From: Chloroflexota bacterium
GTDB lineage: Bacteria > Chloroflexota > Anaerolineae > UBA4142
NCBI GenBank assembly: GCA_037440365.1
Contig: JBBIUF010000003.1
Span: forward strand, 28,910-92,909
Reading direction: 5' to 3'
DNA: 64,000 nucleotides
Positions 42,825 to 52,263 of this stretch are shown here, piece by piece (within the stretch, counting starts at the first letter, position 1; each line of letters opens with the position of its first letter). The position numbers were made by a program, and so were the translations under genes. Under the pieces are notes generated by a model. It was not told the DNA's origin, did not search any database, and was given only the letters and a program-made list of their open reading frames with translations.

Positions 42825-45557
42825 TTATTCGCCGAAATCGTTTGCGCGGTACGGCTCGGTGGTCAAGGTTTGCGTTTGATCCGTTTGCACTGCCGCCCAG
42901 TTCGCGTCCATCAACACGAGTTCGATCGTATACGGGCCGTCCAGCCCGCGCGCGCGAATATCCCGACCTGGGATCGCGACCGTGGCGGTCTGCTTGCCCG
43001 CGCGGAACGTTTGCGGCGCAGTGATGGCGGTAACGAGTTGCCCGCGCGCGTCGCGGAGCGTTGCGGCAAGCGCATAGTTACCGGCGCGTGCTACGTTCGC
43101 GTTCGCGTCAATGGTTAGCGTTCCATCTTGGCGATACGCGCGGGCCGCGCCATCAAACGTTGCCGTCTTGGGCGATACAGCAATCAAGGTTTCGCGTTCG
43201 CGCGCATAGTCATTGCCGCGCGCGGTCACTCGAAGCAAATAATAACCACCGCGCGTCAAGCCGGTCAGCGTATCGGCATACGTCCCCGGATCACCTTCCT
43301 CAAGCAATTTCACTTCGGTGGCATCGCCGCGCGGCGTGACGCCATCGCCGAGCCATTCGATTTTCACGCGCACATCGGCGTTGGCATCCTTGTTCGAAAT
43401 CTGGGTTTCGACAACAATCGGCGCGCCTGGCGGATACCACGTCGGATCCACCTTGAGATCGAATTTCAAATCGGCATCCAGATCAACATAGGTTGTGAGC
43501 GTCAAGGCTTGATTACCCGTGTCCGCGCGCGTAGCGATCAGTTGCCACGACCCAGGTTGCGCGTGTGGAATCGCATAGCCGATCAAGCTCCCCATGTCTG
43601 CCTTGAGGTAGGTTGCGTCAAGCAACCCGGCTCCGTTCTGGCGAATGAATGTGGTCGAGGTACTATCGCGCACGGTGTTCGGCGTATAGCGCGTGCCATT
43701 TGGCGCGCGCAGAGTCACAGTGACATCGCCCGTATTCCATCGCGCAATAAAACGCGCCGCGCGGTTTAGATCGATCGGCAAGACGCGCGTGATCGTATCG
43801 CCGGCGCGCAACGTGTCCACATTGAGCGGTGTCGTATTGCGCGGCGCAAGCGGCTCGACGGGCGCGGCGGCAAAACCAATCGGGCGCGCGTCGGGATCGC
43901 GGAGTGCGTTGCGAATAAAACGTTCATACGTTTGCGCGGGATACAAGTACGACGTGGGGTTGACGGGCAGAGGCGCGGGGTCCCAGGCATGGACATCGCT
44001 GTCGGTAATGTGGCGCACTTGCGGACCGCCGAGCGCGTGCGCGCTCCACACGTCAATCAAACCATCGCTCGGCGGAAAAACCTGAAGCAACCCCAGACCG
44101 GTTTGCGTCCGCGCATCGCCGACAAGCAAATCATACGGCACCGTCACGCGCGGCGCATGAGTGCGGTTGAAGAGCGTGGCATACTCTGGCGACAATTCGA
44201 TCGCGGAAGGTTCGGTGGGGCGATCTTCGATTTCGCGCGTGAGGAGCGGATACCACAACTGCACTCCCGCTTGCGGTGTGCCGAGAATGATCGCGCGGCG
44301 CACATTGTTTTGGTATAGTGATGATTCGAGATACGCGCGCGTGTTCAAGCCGCCCATCGAAAACGCGATCACGTCCACGCGCGGCGCTCCAGTTTTGTTT
44401 AGCACCTCGGCGATCACGTCACGCAAAACTTGCGCGTTCTCAAACAAGGTGTTGAACGGCGAAATTCCAGCGGCATAAAAAACCTGAAAGCCATCTTGTT
44501 CAAGATCATGTTTGATGAAACGGAACTCGGTATCGTCAATTTGATCGGAATCCGCCGTGTGCCAGCCATGCACCAGGACAACCGGATACGTCGTCGTGCG
44601 TTGCAAGGGCGCGCCTGTTACACTGACGCCGTGCGGCGTGCCGACCCAAAGATTTTTCTGCGCGTCCAGTGCGAGGGTGGTTACCGTGTCATCTGCGAGA
44701 CCATTAGCGACCGAGTCCGTTTTCCATTTGCCCGCGTCGAACAAGGTAACGCCGTGCGCCGTGCCTAGCCACGCGCGATTCGCCGTCTCGAATGCAATCG
44801 CGCGCACGTTGTTATCGGCGAGTCCGTCTGATTTTTTATAGGTGTGATAGGTCTTGCCGTCGTACACCGTTGCCCCGTTCTCAGTGCCAAACCAAATTTT
44901 GCCATCGGGCGCAAGCGCAACGGTGTTGACCTGATTACTGGCGAGACCAGCGGCTTGGGTGAACCGCGTCCACGATTTGCCGTCGAAAAAAAACGCGCCG
45001 TCATTCGTCGCGACCCAGGGATTACCGCTCGCATCGAGCGCGAGCGCGTTGATATAATTATTTGCCAGCGCATATTTCGTCCATGTGTCGCCGTCGAGTC
45101 GCGCGACGCCCGCGCCGAATGTGCCAACCCAGACGCGCCCCGATTTGTCGAGTGCAACTGCGGTGAGATAATTACTGGGGATTGCCGAACTGGTGGTGTC
45201 ATACGTTTTGCGTTTTGTGCCATCAAATAGGGTCAGCCCGCCGCCGTTCGTCGCAAAATATATTTTGCCGTCGCTCGCAATTGCTAACGCGCGCACATCG
45301 GCGTTTGGCAAACCGTTCGCCGCTGTGTAGGATACCCAATACTTGGTCTGCACGCGTGTTGCGCCGCGGGACGTGCCGAGCCACGCCGCGCCGTCTGGTG
45401 CAAACGCAACGCTCGTTACGTAATCGCTGGCTAGACCATCGCGTTGCGCGAACGATTGGAACGTGGGGGTATCTGCGCGAGACGCGGGAACGAAATAGAA
45501 GAGGGCGGAGACAAGGATGCCGAGAACGAAAAGGCGATTTTTTTTCAGAGGAATCAT
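42825..45557 (-). CDS. Secreted multidomain protein: two-component-regulator-propeller-type beta-propeller + alpha/beta-hydrolase (lipase-like) + C-terminal beta-rich domains
   Basis: 910 aa with a signal peptide. About 7 repeats of W.GT..G...FDG..W..Y. VVLVHGW and AFSMGG (GxSxG-type) motifs. About 380-aa Ig-like tail. Confidence 0.7.
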   Translation of the reverse strand: MIPLKKNRLFVLGILVSALFYFVPASRADTPTFQSFAQRDGLASDYVTSVAFAPDGAAWLGTSRGATRVQTKYWVSYTAANGLPNADVRALAIASDGKIYFATNGGGLTLFDGTKRKTYDTTSSAIPSNYLTAVALDKSGRVWVGTFGAGVARLDGDTWTKYALANNYINALALDASGNPWVATNDGAFFFDGKSWTRFTQAAGLASNQVNTVALAPDGKIWFGTENGATVYDGKTYHTYKKSDGLADNNVRAIAFETANRAWLGTAHGVTLFDAGKWKTDSVANGLADDTVTTLALDAQKNLWVGTPHGVSVTGAPLQRTTTYPVVLVHGWHTADSDQIDDTEFRFIKHDLEQDGFQVFYAAGISPFNTLFENAQVLRDVIAEVLNKTGAPRVDVIAFSMGGLNTRAYLESSLYQNNVRRAIILGTPQAGVQLWYPLLTREIEDRPTEPSAIELSPEYATLFNRTHAPRVTVPYDLLVGDARTQTGLGLLQVFPPSDGLIDVWSAHALGGPQVRHITDSDVHAWDPAPLPVNPTSYLYPAQTYERFIRNALRDPDARPIGFAAAPVEPLAPRNTTPLNVDTLRAGDTITRVLPIDLNRAARFIARWNTGDVTVTLRAPNGTRYTPNTVRDSTSTTFIRQNGAGLLDATYLKADMGSLIGYAIPHAQPGSWQLIATRADTGNQALTLTTYVDLDADLKFDLKVDPTWYPPGAPIVVETQISNKDANADVRVKIEWLGDGVTPRGDATEVKLLEEGDPGTYADTLTGLTRGGYYLLRVTARGNDYARERETLIAVSPKTATFDGAARAYRQDGTLTIDANANVARAGNYALAATLRDARGQLVTAITAPQTFRAGKQTATVAIPGRDIRARGLDGPYTIELVLMDANWAAVQTDQTQTLTTEPYRANDFGE

Positions 45558-45575
45558 AGAGATGCTTGGGCGCGG

Positions 45576-46103
45576 CTATCGCTTGGGTTCGAGCGCATGA
45601 ATGCGTTGCCGATTCACTAGCGCAAATTTCAGATCGGTTTCGAGTTTGATGCCGGTCTGGGTGCGCCAGAGATTAGCGTTGGTGATGGGAAAGAATTCTT
45701 CGTTCGGCACGCTAACCACATGCAACCAATCGGCATTGTGTAACACCTTGAGTTCACCAATCAACGTGTATGGCGGCAGATGTAACACTGCGCCAAAAGC
45801 TAGTTTGCGAATACGTTCCATCGAAGAACCTTGCGGCGCGGGCGCATCGGTGTCTGACACGATCACGCTAAGGTTGCGCTTGATCAACGCGCTGGATTCC
45901 ACCGTTTGCAGTTCGCGCAATGTGTCATTCTGCCAGATCGCGTGTGTGACCTGGGTTAAGGTCAGCGTGGCGAGCGCCGGATCGTTGAGATAATCGGATA
46001 GCCGGCGGTGCATTGGGATCGCCAGTTCGCCGCTCCAGCGAAACTCGGACGAATACACCGTCAGATGATAGGGCATCATATTTGAATCGTGCGACATGAT
46101 CAC
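45576..46103 (-). CDS. Hypothetical protein (175 aa)
   Basis: ORF with normal composition, 5 nt after the bcp stop. The start could be ATG 46097 (AAGGTG upstream). No family recognised. Confidence 0.55.
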   Translation of the reverse strand: MIMSHDSNMMPYHLTVYSSEFRWSGELAIPMHRRLSDYLNDPALATLTLTQVTHAIWQNDTLRELQTVESSALIKRNLSVIVSDTDAPAPQGSSMERIRKLAFGAVLHLPPYTLIGELKVLHNADWLHVVSVPNEEFFPITNANLWRTQTGIKLETDLKFALVNRQRIHALEPKR

Positions 46104-46108
46104 CTTGT

Positions 46109-46591
46109 CTAGTCCTGGGCTGATGTACCCAGGAGGGTTTGCATTGCTAGATTGGGACTGGCTTGGGCATTCACTTGAAGCTGTATATCCACAATAATGC
46201 CTTGCGCGTCAATCACATAATGACTGCGAATTATTCCCAGGGACGTTTTGCCCAGGAATGATTTTTCGCCCCACGCGCCGTACTGTTCGGCGACGGTGTG
46301 ATCGTGATCGCTCAACAGCACAAATGGTAAATTGTATTTGGTGCGGAATTTGATATGCGAGGCGGCGTCATCCGGGCTGATGCCAATCACGACCCCATGA
46401 CGCTCTTGAATCTCTACGAAATTATCGCGAAAGCCACACGCTTGCGCTGTGCAACCGGGGGTATCGTCTTTGGGATAGAAATAGAGAATAACTTGATTGC
46501 CGCGAAAACTCGACAGCGTAACCAACTTGCCGTGCTCGTCGGGCAATGCAAAATCGGGCGCGAGATCGCCGACGTGAAGATTATTTAACAT
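46109..46591 (-). CDS. bcp: Thioredoxin-dependent peroxiredoxin Bcp
   Basis: Start set at ATG 46591 (MLNNLHVGDLAPDF). Has the YFYPKDDTPGCT peroxidatic Cys motif. The upstream part of the tracked ORF is Arg/Ala-rich shadow. Confidence 0.9.
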   Translation of the reverse strand: MLNNLHVGDLAPDFALPDEHGKLVTLSSFRGNQVILYFYPKDDTPGCTAQACGFRDNFVEIQERHGVVIGISPDDAASHIKFRTKYNLPFVLLSDHDHTVAEQYGAWGEKSFLGKTSLGIIRSHYVIDAQGIIVDIQLQVNAQASPNLAMQTLLGTSAQD

Positions 46592-46614
46592 GTGCGCATG
46601 ATCCTTTCTGGTTT

Positions 46615-47451
46615 TTACTTTGATCCGGTACGGTCTAACCATTCGATAATAGTGCGCGCAAGCGCGATGCGGTGATCGCAGAACGCGTGATCGGTGTCGA
46701 AGGTGAGTTGGGTTATAGCGCGCGCGTGCGCCTCCTGCAGTGCTTGCGCGAGCGGCGCATGATGCAACACGGCTGGCGCGATGCGATCCTGTGCCGCATC
46801 CACTAATAACAGTTGCCGTTCGGCAAGTGTTGCCGCATACTGGGGCAGATGCCAATTCGCGCCGTGCGTCATCAATTCGTCAAGCAATGCTTGCGGCGAG
46901 GTGTCGCGCAATGGCGGCATCCCCCATTCGAAAAACTGCCGCGTAGCTTCTGCGTACGCCGCGTTGTGGCACGCATTGGCAATTGCGCCGAGATCATACA
47001 GCGCAAGCGAAATGACCGCACGAATTTGCGAGTCGGCGAGCGCGGTGGTCAACGCGGCGAATGCGCCGAGACTATGCCCCAGCAACACGATGCGGTCAAT
47101 CTCCACGCGATATAATTCGCGCGCGCGCGGTTCGCGCAAAAATGCGAGCGCGGCGCGCGTGTCATCCAACACGTGTTGAAACGAGAACGCGCCTGGACTG
47201 CCCCATGCGCCGCGATAATGAAACACAAGCGCATTCCAACCTGCGCGCCGCACTGCTTGCGCGAGATCGAAATTACGCTCGTAACCCGGAATACCGTGCA
47301 ACAAAAGGATGGTTGGATGCGGCTCGGCACCGGCGGCAAGATGCAACAGACCTAACACGCGCGCGTCGGTGCTTTCAAAAGTGACTGCCGCATTTGTCGC
47401 TGGAAATTTGAAATCGCGTGGTGGATCATGGTCCGTTGAATCGAACGTCAT
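46615..47451 (-). CDS. Alpha/beta-fold hydrolase
   Basis: Start set at ATG 47451. HG oxyanion motif (LLLHGIPG) and nucleophile elbow GHSLG. Confidence 0.75.
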   Translation of the reverse strand: MTFDSTDHDPPRDFKFPATNAAVTFESTDARVLGLLHLAAGAEPHPTILLLHGIPGYERNFDLAQAVRRAGWNALVFHYRGAWGSPGAFSFQHVLDDTRAALAFLREPRARELYRVEIDRIVLLGHSLGAFAALTTALADSQIRAVISLALYDLGAIANACHNAAYAEATRQFFEWGMPPLRDTSPQALLDELMTHGANWHLPQYAATLAERQLLLVDAAQDRIAPAVLHHAPLAQALQEAHARAITQLTFDTDHAFCDHRIALARTIIEWLDRTGSK

Positions 47452-47637
47452 CTTTGCACCTTGACGATTGTCGCTCACGTGGGACTGGCCGGCGCGGGTC
47501 TTTCGCTTTTGGCGATGGCTTGACAAGTGACTTGCTTGCGTTGATCGTTCCAGCGGCATCCATGACACTTTCAGGCGTCTTTCGATCAAGCGTGTGATTC
47601 AAACCCGCATACAAAAAAATCTTTCTCGGCGGGTGGG

Positions 47638-49350
47638 CTAGTTGGTTTGCCGCGCGCGCCGCATTTCGGCACGCAAGCGACCGAGCGGCACGTCCGGTGT
47701 CAAATCTACAAATGTCATTGCTTGAACGAGCACTGGGTGCACCGCTTGAAGCGCGCGAAACATTTGCTGGCTGGTGTTGCGATAATCGGGATGACCCTGC
47801 GGCGCTGACCGTAGTTCGATCCAGTGGTACGCTTCGCGCAAATTCAAGCGCACGTTGTAGCGGACGCGAAACCCAAACGGCACGACGTATTGCGCCTCGA
47901 AGGGCATTGCCACCGCCAGGCGATCGTGGAACAGCGCGGCTTGCTCCATGCACCGCGCATAGTCCGCGCGAATCTCGGCGACGGCGTTAAGGTCGTCGTT
48001 GATTTCGTAACCGAGCGCGGTCGTAAACATTTGCCGCTCCGCCGACACAACGCGATGCCGCTGGAGGTCGCGGTATTCGCCGATATTCAATTGGAGATCA
48101 AATTCATACTGGGCATGTTCAAACGCGCGCCCAGGTTTGTGGCGGCGGTTCTGACGCGCGCCGACGTACGTCTGGATGATGCGTGTCTTTTCCGCGTCCG
48201 TCATTTCGCGCACGTGTTCGACGATTTCGGTTTTGGGCAGGGCGGTGCCGGGAAATAAAATCGCGGCGACGACGCGTTCGACGGCATCCGCGTTGTAATC
48301 CACTAGCACAACTTTGGCATCCGTGGCGCGCGCGTGATGCGGCAGATATTCGCGCGCTAATTCGATTTGTCGCAATCGCTGGTCTTGCAAAAACGTTTGA
48401 TACGCTTGGCCTTTTTCGTCGTCGGCGCGTTTGAGAAAAGGCCCAATGACCTCGCCGAGTTCGTACTGCGCGGCGCGCGCGATGAGTTGATTTTCTTCGA
48501 GCGGATCGGCGTAGAGTTTGATGAGGAGATATTCCAGCGCGCGTCCATTGCCCCACACGCCCACATTGGTCAGCGTCGCCATGGGCAGAAAACAGCGGAG
48601 CATGTCCCGCGCGCGCGAACGCACCGCTTGCTTGTACGCGAACGCGGCGCTGGCGCGCAAATCATCGTCGTGGATTGTCGCATAGCGCACAACCTCGCCG
48701 GTAAGCGCGTTTTCAAATTCCAGTGTGTCAATCGGCGTGCGTTCGGTCACGTGCGCGATCATGCGCGGCAAGTGGTGCGCATACGCATCGAACAATGCGT
48801 CCAACGTCGTTACATAGTCAGCGGCGAATGGCGCTTCCATAATGCGGCGCGGGCGATAGTAGCGGTATTGTCCATTGACCTTGTCGTCAAAGGCAACATA
48901 GCGCGAGGATTTTTCGAGGTAGGAAATTCCCACGCGGCTATTTTCGATGGCGCGCGCGGCGATCTGCGAGATATCCTGGCAGGCGAGGTGCGCGCCGCCG
49001 AGTTCGCCGACCGAATCATCGCCGTAATCGGAGAGGACGCGGCGATAAAACGATTCGGCTTTGGCCGCTCCGGCGCGAATCTCGGTTTGCGTCGGGTTTG
49101 CGTTGGGCGCGATTTGTTCGATGCCCAGAGCGGGCTGTCCAAAAAATTCGTCGAGGAATAAATGCCGCACCCCTTTGGCGGTGCGGCTATAGCGCGAAAA
49201 TAATGCGCCCTTGATCACTTCGGGTAAATTTTTTAGCGCGACCACCGAGCGATCGATGTTGGTGAAAAAAGGCGCGACGAGTTGAGCTTGGTCGGCGGTG
49301 AGCGTTTCGCTTGAGGGAGTCAATTGCGCCAGGAATTCGGGTTGTGCCAT
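47638..49350 (-). CDS. Tandem-domain ThyX (flavin-dependent thymidylate synthase)-like protein
   Basis: 570 aa, about 2x normal ThyX length. The C-terminal half has YRDLQRHRVVS (RHR motif) and a WIELRS..QGH region. The N-terminal half has FSRYSR and a similar helical pattern but no RHR. Confidence 0.55.
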   Translation of the reverse strand: MAQPEFLAQLTPSSETLTADQAQLVAPFFTNIDRSVVALKNLPEVIKGALFSRYSRTAKGVRHLFLDEFFGQPALGIEQIAPNANPTQTEIRAGAAKAESFYRRVLSDYGDDSVGELGGAHLACQDISQIAARAIENSRVGISYLEKSSRYVAFDDKVNGQYRYYRPRRIMEAPFAADYVTTLDALFDAYAHHLPRMIAHVTERTPIDTLEFENALTGEVVRYATIHDDDLRASAAFAYKQAVRSRARDMLRCFLPMATLTNVGVWGNGRALEYLLIKLYADPLEENQLIARAAQYELGEVIGPFLKRADDEKGQAYQTFLQDQRLRQIELAREYLPHHARATDAKVVLVDYNADAVERVVAAILFPGTALPKTEIVEHVREMTDAEKTRIIQTYVGARQNRRHKPGRAFEHAQYEFDLQLNIGEYRDLQRHRVVSAERQMFTTALGYEINDDLNAVAEIRADYARCMEQAALFHDRLAVAMPFEAQYVVPFGFRVRYNVRLNLREAYHWIELRSAPQGHPDYRNTSQQMFRALQAVHPVLVQAMTFVDLTPDVPLGRLRAEMRRARQTN

Positions 49351-49379
49351 TGCGCCTCCGCGTGGAAAACCGATTGGGA

Positions 49380-49814
49380 TTAGAGCGCAATTTGCTTTGC
49401 CAGCAAGTGCCGCGTGGGCGCGGGTAATTTGGCAAAGTCTACGGCAACCTGATAAAAATTATCACGCTTGCTCACGCGCGCAACTTGGCCGGGTACCTGG
49501 ACGATCCGGTTATTGTCCAACAAAAATTCCAGGGCGAGTGTTTGCCCCACCGCAAACTCATCGGGTGATTCCAAGAGCGCGCCTGTTTCGCTGAGATTGA
49601 GCGCGCGCGCAAAACCGGTGAACGTTTCCGCGCCGGCATCGAGACACCGATACGCTGTTAATAGCTTGAGTTTGCCGCGGGTTGCGCGACGGCGTTCGTC
49701 CGCCCGTTTGCGAATTGTGCGTTTGCGTGTCACTGGTTTTTGCGCCACGGGTTTGCGGGCGACTGGCTTTTTTGTGGTGACCGTGCGTTTGGATTTAGCT
49801 TGGGGAGCAGGCAT
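49380..49814 (-). CDS. PilZ-domain protein with basic KPV-repeat N-terminal tail
   Basis: Start set at ATG 49814. PilZ motifs RRATR (RxxxR) and NLSETG (D/NxSxxG). N-terminal KKPVARKPVAQKPVTRKR. Confidence 0.75.
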   Translation of the reverse strand: MPAPQAKSKRTVTTKKPVARKPVAQKPVTRKRTIRKRADERRRATRGKLKLLTAYRCLDAGAETFTGFARALNLSETGALLESPDEFAVGQTLALEFLLDNNRIVQVPGQVARVSKRDNFYQVAVDFAKLPAPTRHLLAKQIAL

Positions 49815-49863
49815 AGCACCCTCGTCAGTTTTTTTAACATGCGCCGCAAAACCAGCCAGCGCG

Positions 49864-50691
49864 TTATTCGTCAAACAAGAAAACGGGTTCTTGATAATAG
49901 CGCACATGCCGTTCACGCATTTTGCTTTTCATCCACTCGTCGAGCCAGGCATTTTTGGCGGGGAGTGGTTCATTGCGCTCTAAAATCTCAAGCGGAATGT
50001 TGATCCGCATGGCGCGCCCTGGGATGATGTGGCGCGTAATACCCATGGGCAACTTGGAGCCATTCAGCGCGAGATGGCGTATTTCGTTTGGATGGTAACG
50101 TGGAAAAACGATCAGCGCGCTCAGCCGCGTGTTTTCGGTGAGCAACCGTTCGAGATCGGTGTGCGCCACGCGAAACAATTCGCCGCGTCCTTCATACTGC
50201 GCTACGACCCGGTTTAACTGCCGCGCTTGCTCGGCGAGTTTCGTTTCGGTCGAGGTTAGCGCATATACGGTGCCGTCATTGAGCATGACGGTTGCAATGC
50301 TCGCGCGCTGTGCCAGGGCGGCTTCCGCCGCGTCCGCGGTCATGGGTTCGATCTGCAAACCGCGCAAGTGCCGGATGGCTTCCAGCACATCGAACACCGG
50401 CAAATCGATCAGCATGTGGTTCCAGGTTTCCAGCACAAGATCAGGCGCGTCATAGTCAATGACCTGGGCAACGACATCGAGACAACCGATTTGCTTGAGC
50501 GCGGTCACGCGCGTTGCGCCATCGAGCAAAATAAATTTGCCGCCGAACTCGGTGACGATGGGTGGATTTTTAAGGTAGCGATCCATGCCGAGGCGTTCCA
50601 CCAATCGCGCGACACGCTTTTTTTCGATCTGCTCGTGCAATAATACTTCGCTGAGCGCAACCATCCGCAGAGTGACTTCTTTGGCGTTCAC
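49864..50691 (-). CDS. ParB/Srx-fold domain protein (candidate small-molecule kinase, see findings)
   Basis: Start proposed at GTG 50691 (GGAG 7 nt upstream), which avoids overlap with trpB2. LSEVLLHEQ...PPIV....FILLDGATRVTAL fits the ParB/sulfiredoxin N-domain pattern. About 170-aa C-terminal domain of unknown family. Confidence 0.6.
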   Translation of the reverse strand: MNAKEVTLRMVALSEVLLHEQIEKKRVARLVERLGMDRYLKNPPIVTEFGGKFILLDGATRVTALKQIGCLDVVAQVIDYDAPDLVLETWNHMLIDLPVFDVLEAIRHLRGLQIEPMTADAAEAALAQRASIATVMLNDGTVYALTSTETKLAEQARQLNRVVAQYEGRGELFRVAHTDLERLLTENTRLSALIVFPRYHPNEIRHLALNGSKLPMGITRHIIPGRAMRINIPLEILERNEPLPAKNAWLDEWMKSKMRERHVRYYQEPVFLFDE

Positions 50692-50760
50692 AGACGGACT
50701 CCGATTTTCCCGCGGCGGCTCGCCGATATTATAGACGAAAGGTAAACGCGAGTCAACCGC

Positions 50761-50797
50761 ATTGGAACGGGGCGAGATCAACTCGCCCCGTTCCAAT
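50761..50797 (-). other. 16-bp perfect-stem hairpin immediately after the trpB2 stop
   Basis: ATTGGAACGGGGCGAG-5 nt-CTCGCCCCGTTCCAAT, 3 nt downstream of the stop. No U-tract follows on the minus strand. Confidence 0.6.
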
Positions 50798-50800
50798 GGA

Positions 50801-52165
50801 TTAGAGTTCAACTTGGGGCAAATTGGCAATGGCTTCGCGGACGGCTTCAGCGGGGTATTCGTAATCCGGGAGTTGTTTGCGAAAGTAGGCATCATATCCT
50901 CCAAGATCAAAGTGACCGTGACCGCTCAAGTTAAAGGCGATGATTTTCTTTTCGCCGCTCGCTTTGCATTTCAAGGCTTCGTCAATTGCCACGCGGATCG
51001 CGTGCGACGATTCCGGCGCAGGCACAATGCCTTCGGCGCGCGCGAACTGGACGCCGGCGGCAAACACGGTGTTTTGTTGCACGGCCACCGCTTCGATGAT
51101 TTTTTGATCGTACAGCGCGGAAATGATCGGCGACATGCCGTGATAGCGCAAGCCGCCTGCGTGAATGGACGCTGGCATGAACGACGAGCCCAGCGTGTAC
51201 ATTTTAACGATCGGCGCCATCTTCGCCGTATCGCCGTAATCAAACGCATACGTGCCTTTAGTCAGCGACGGCGTTGCGGTTGGCTCGACAGCGATGATGC
51301 GCGTCGTTTTACCGTTGACCAGGTTTTCGCGGACGAACGGCAGGGCAATGCCGCCAAAGTTCGAGCCGCCGCCGACACACCCGATCAAAATATCGGGATA
51401 GACATCGGCTTTTTCAAATTGTTTGAGCGTTTCCAAGCCAATGATGGTTTGGTGCATCAAGACATGATTCAGCACCGAGCCGAGCGAATACTTGGTGCTG
51501 GGCTGGTGCGTCGCGGCATCTTCGACGGCTTCGCTGATCGCGAGACCGAGTGAGCCGGAGCAATCTGGGTCTTGCGCGAGCATCGCGCGTCCCGCGTTCG
51601 TATCAACGGACGGCGACGCAACAACCGACGCGCCGTAGGTTTCCATCAAAATGCGGCGATAGGGTTTTTGCTCGTAAGAAATTTTGACCATGTACACTTT
51701 ACATTCCATATCGAATACGTTACACGCGAACGCTAGCGCCGTGCCCCATTGCCCCGCGCCGGTTTCAGTAGACAAGCGTTTGGTCCCGGCTTGCTTGTTG
51801 TAGAACGCTTGCGGGATGGCGGTGTTGAGTTTGTGCGATCCAACTGGGGATACGCCTTCGTACTTGAAATAGATTTGCGCTGGCGTGTCAAGCAGTTTTT
51901 CCAAACGCCGTGCGCGAATCAACGGCGACGGACGATACAATTTATAAATATCTCGCACTGGTTCGGGAATATCAATGTAGCGTTCCTGGCTCACCTCTTG
52001 CATGATCAGTTCCATTGGGAACAGAACCGCCAGGTCAGCGGGTCCAATTGGTTTGCCGGTGCCGGGATGGATGACGGGCGGTAAGGGTTGAGGCAAATCG
52101 GCTTGGATGTTGTACCACGCCTTGGGCATTTCACTTTCTTCGAGCAAGAATTTGGTCTGGTCCAT
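50801..52165 (-). CDS. trpB: TrpB2-type tryptophan synthase beta-like PLP enzyme
   Basis: 454 aa. N-terminus [18 protein letters not shown] and extended length are TrpB2 hallmarks. PLP-lysine motif [17 protein letters not shown]. Confidence 0.9.
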   Translation of the reverse strand: MDQTKFLLEESEMPKAWYNIQADLPQPLPPVIHPGTGKPIGPADLAVLFPMELIMQEVSQERYIDIPEPVRDIYKLYRPSPLIRARRLEKLLDTPAQIYFKYEGVSPVGSHKLNTAIPQAFYNKQAGTKRLSTETGAGQWGTALAFACNVFDMECKVYMVKISYEQKPYRRILMETYGASVVASPSVDTNAGRAMLAQDPDCSGSLGLAISEAVEDAATHQPSTKYSLGSVLNHVLMHQTIIGLETLKQFEKADVYPDILIGCVGGGSNFGGIALPFVRENLVNGKTTRIIAVEPTATPSLTKGTYAFDYGDTAKMAPIVKMYTLGSSFMPASIHAGGLRYHGMSPIISALYDQKIIEAVAVQQNTVFAAGVQFARAEGIVPAPESSHAIRVAIDEALKCKASGEKKIIAFNLSGHGHFDLGGYDAYFRKQLPDYEYPAEAVREAIANLPQVEL

Positions 52166-52263
52166 TTTGTTTCTCCTGAGTTAATTTTTTGAGCGAACGG
52201 CTGAACTGCGCGTTACCTGTTCAAGTCATCGTCACCTCCCCGATCTGCGGTTTAGGACGCGGG

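Noticed and set aside
49864-50910. Full-length tracked ORF (348 aa) for the ParB/Srx-fold gene, overlapping the trpB2 3' end and the hairpin at 50761-50797.
   Set aside because: The first ~73 codons are Pro/Ser/Asn-rich, run through the palindromic hairpin and overlap trpB2 by 110 nt. A GTG at 50691 with GGAG 7 nt upstream gives a start just before the conserved ParB-like block.
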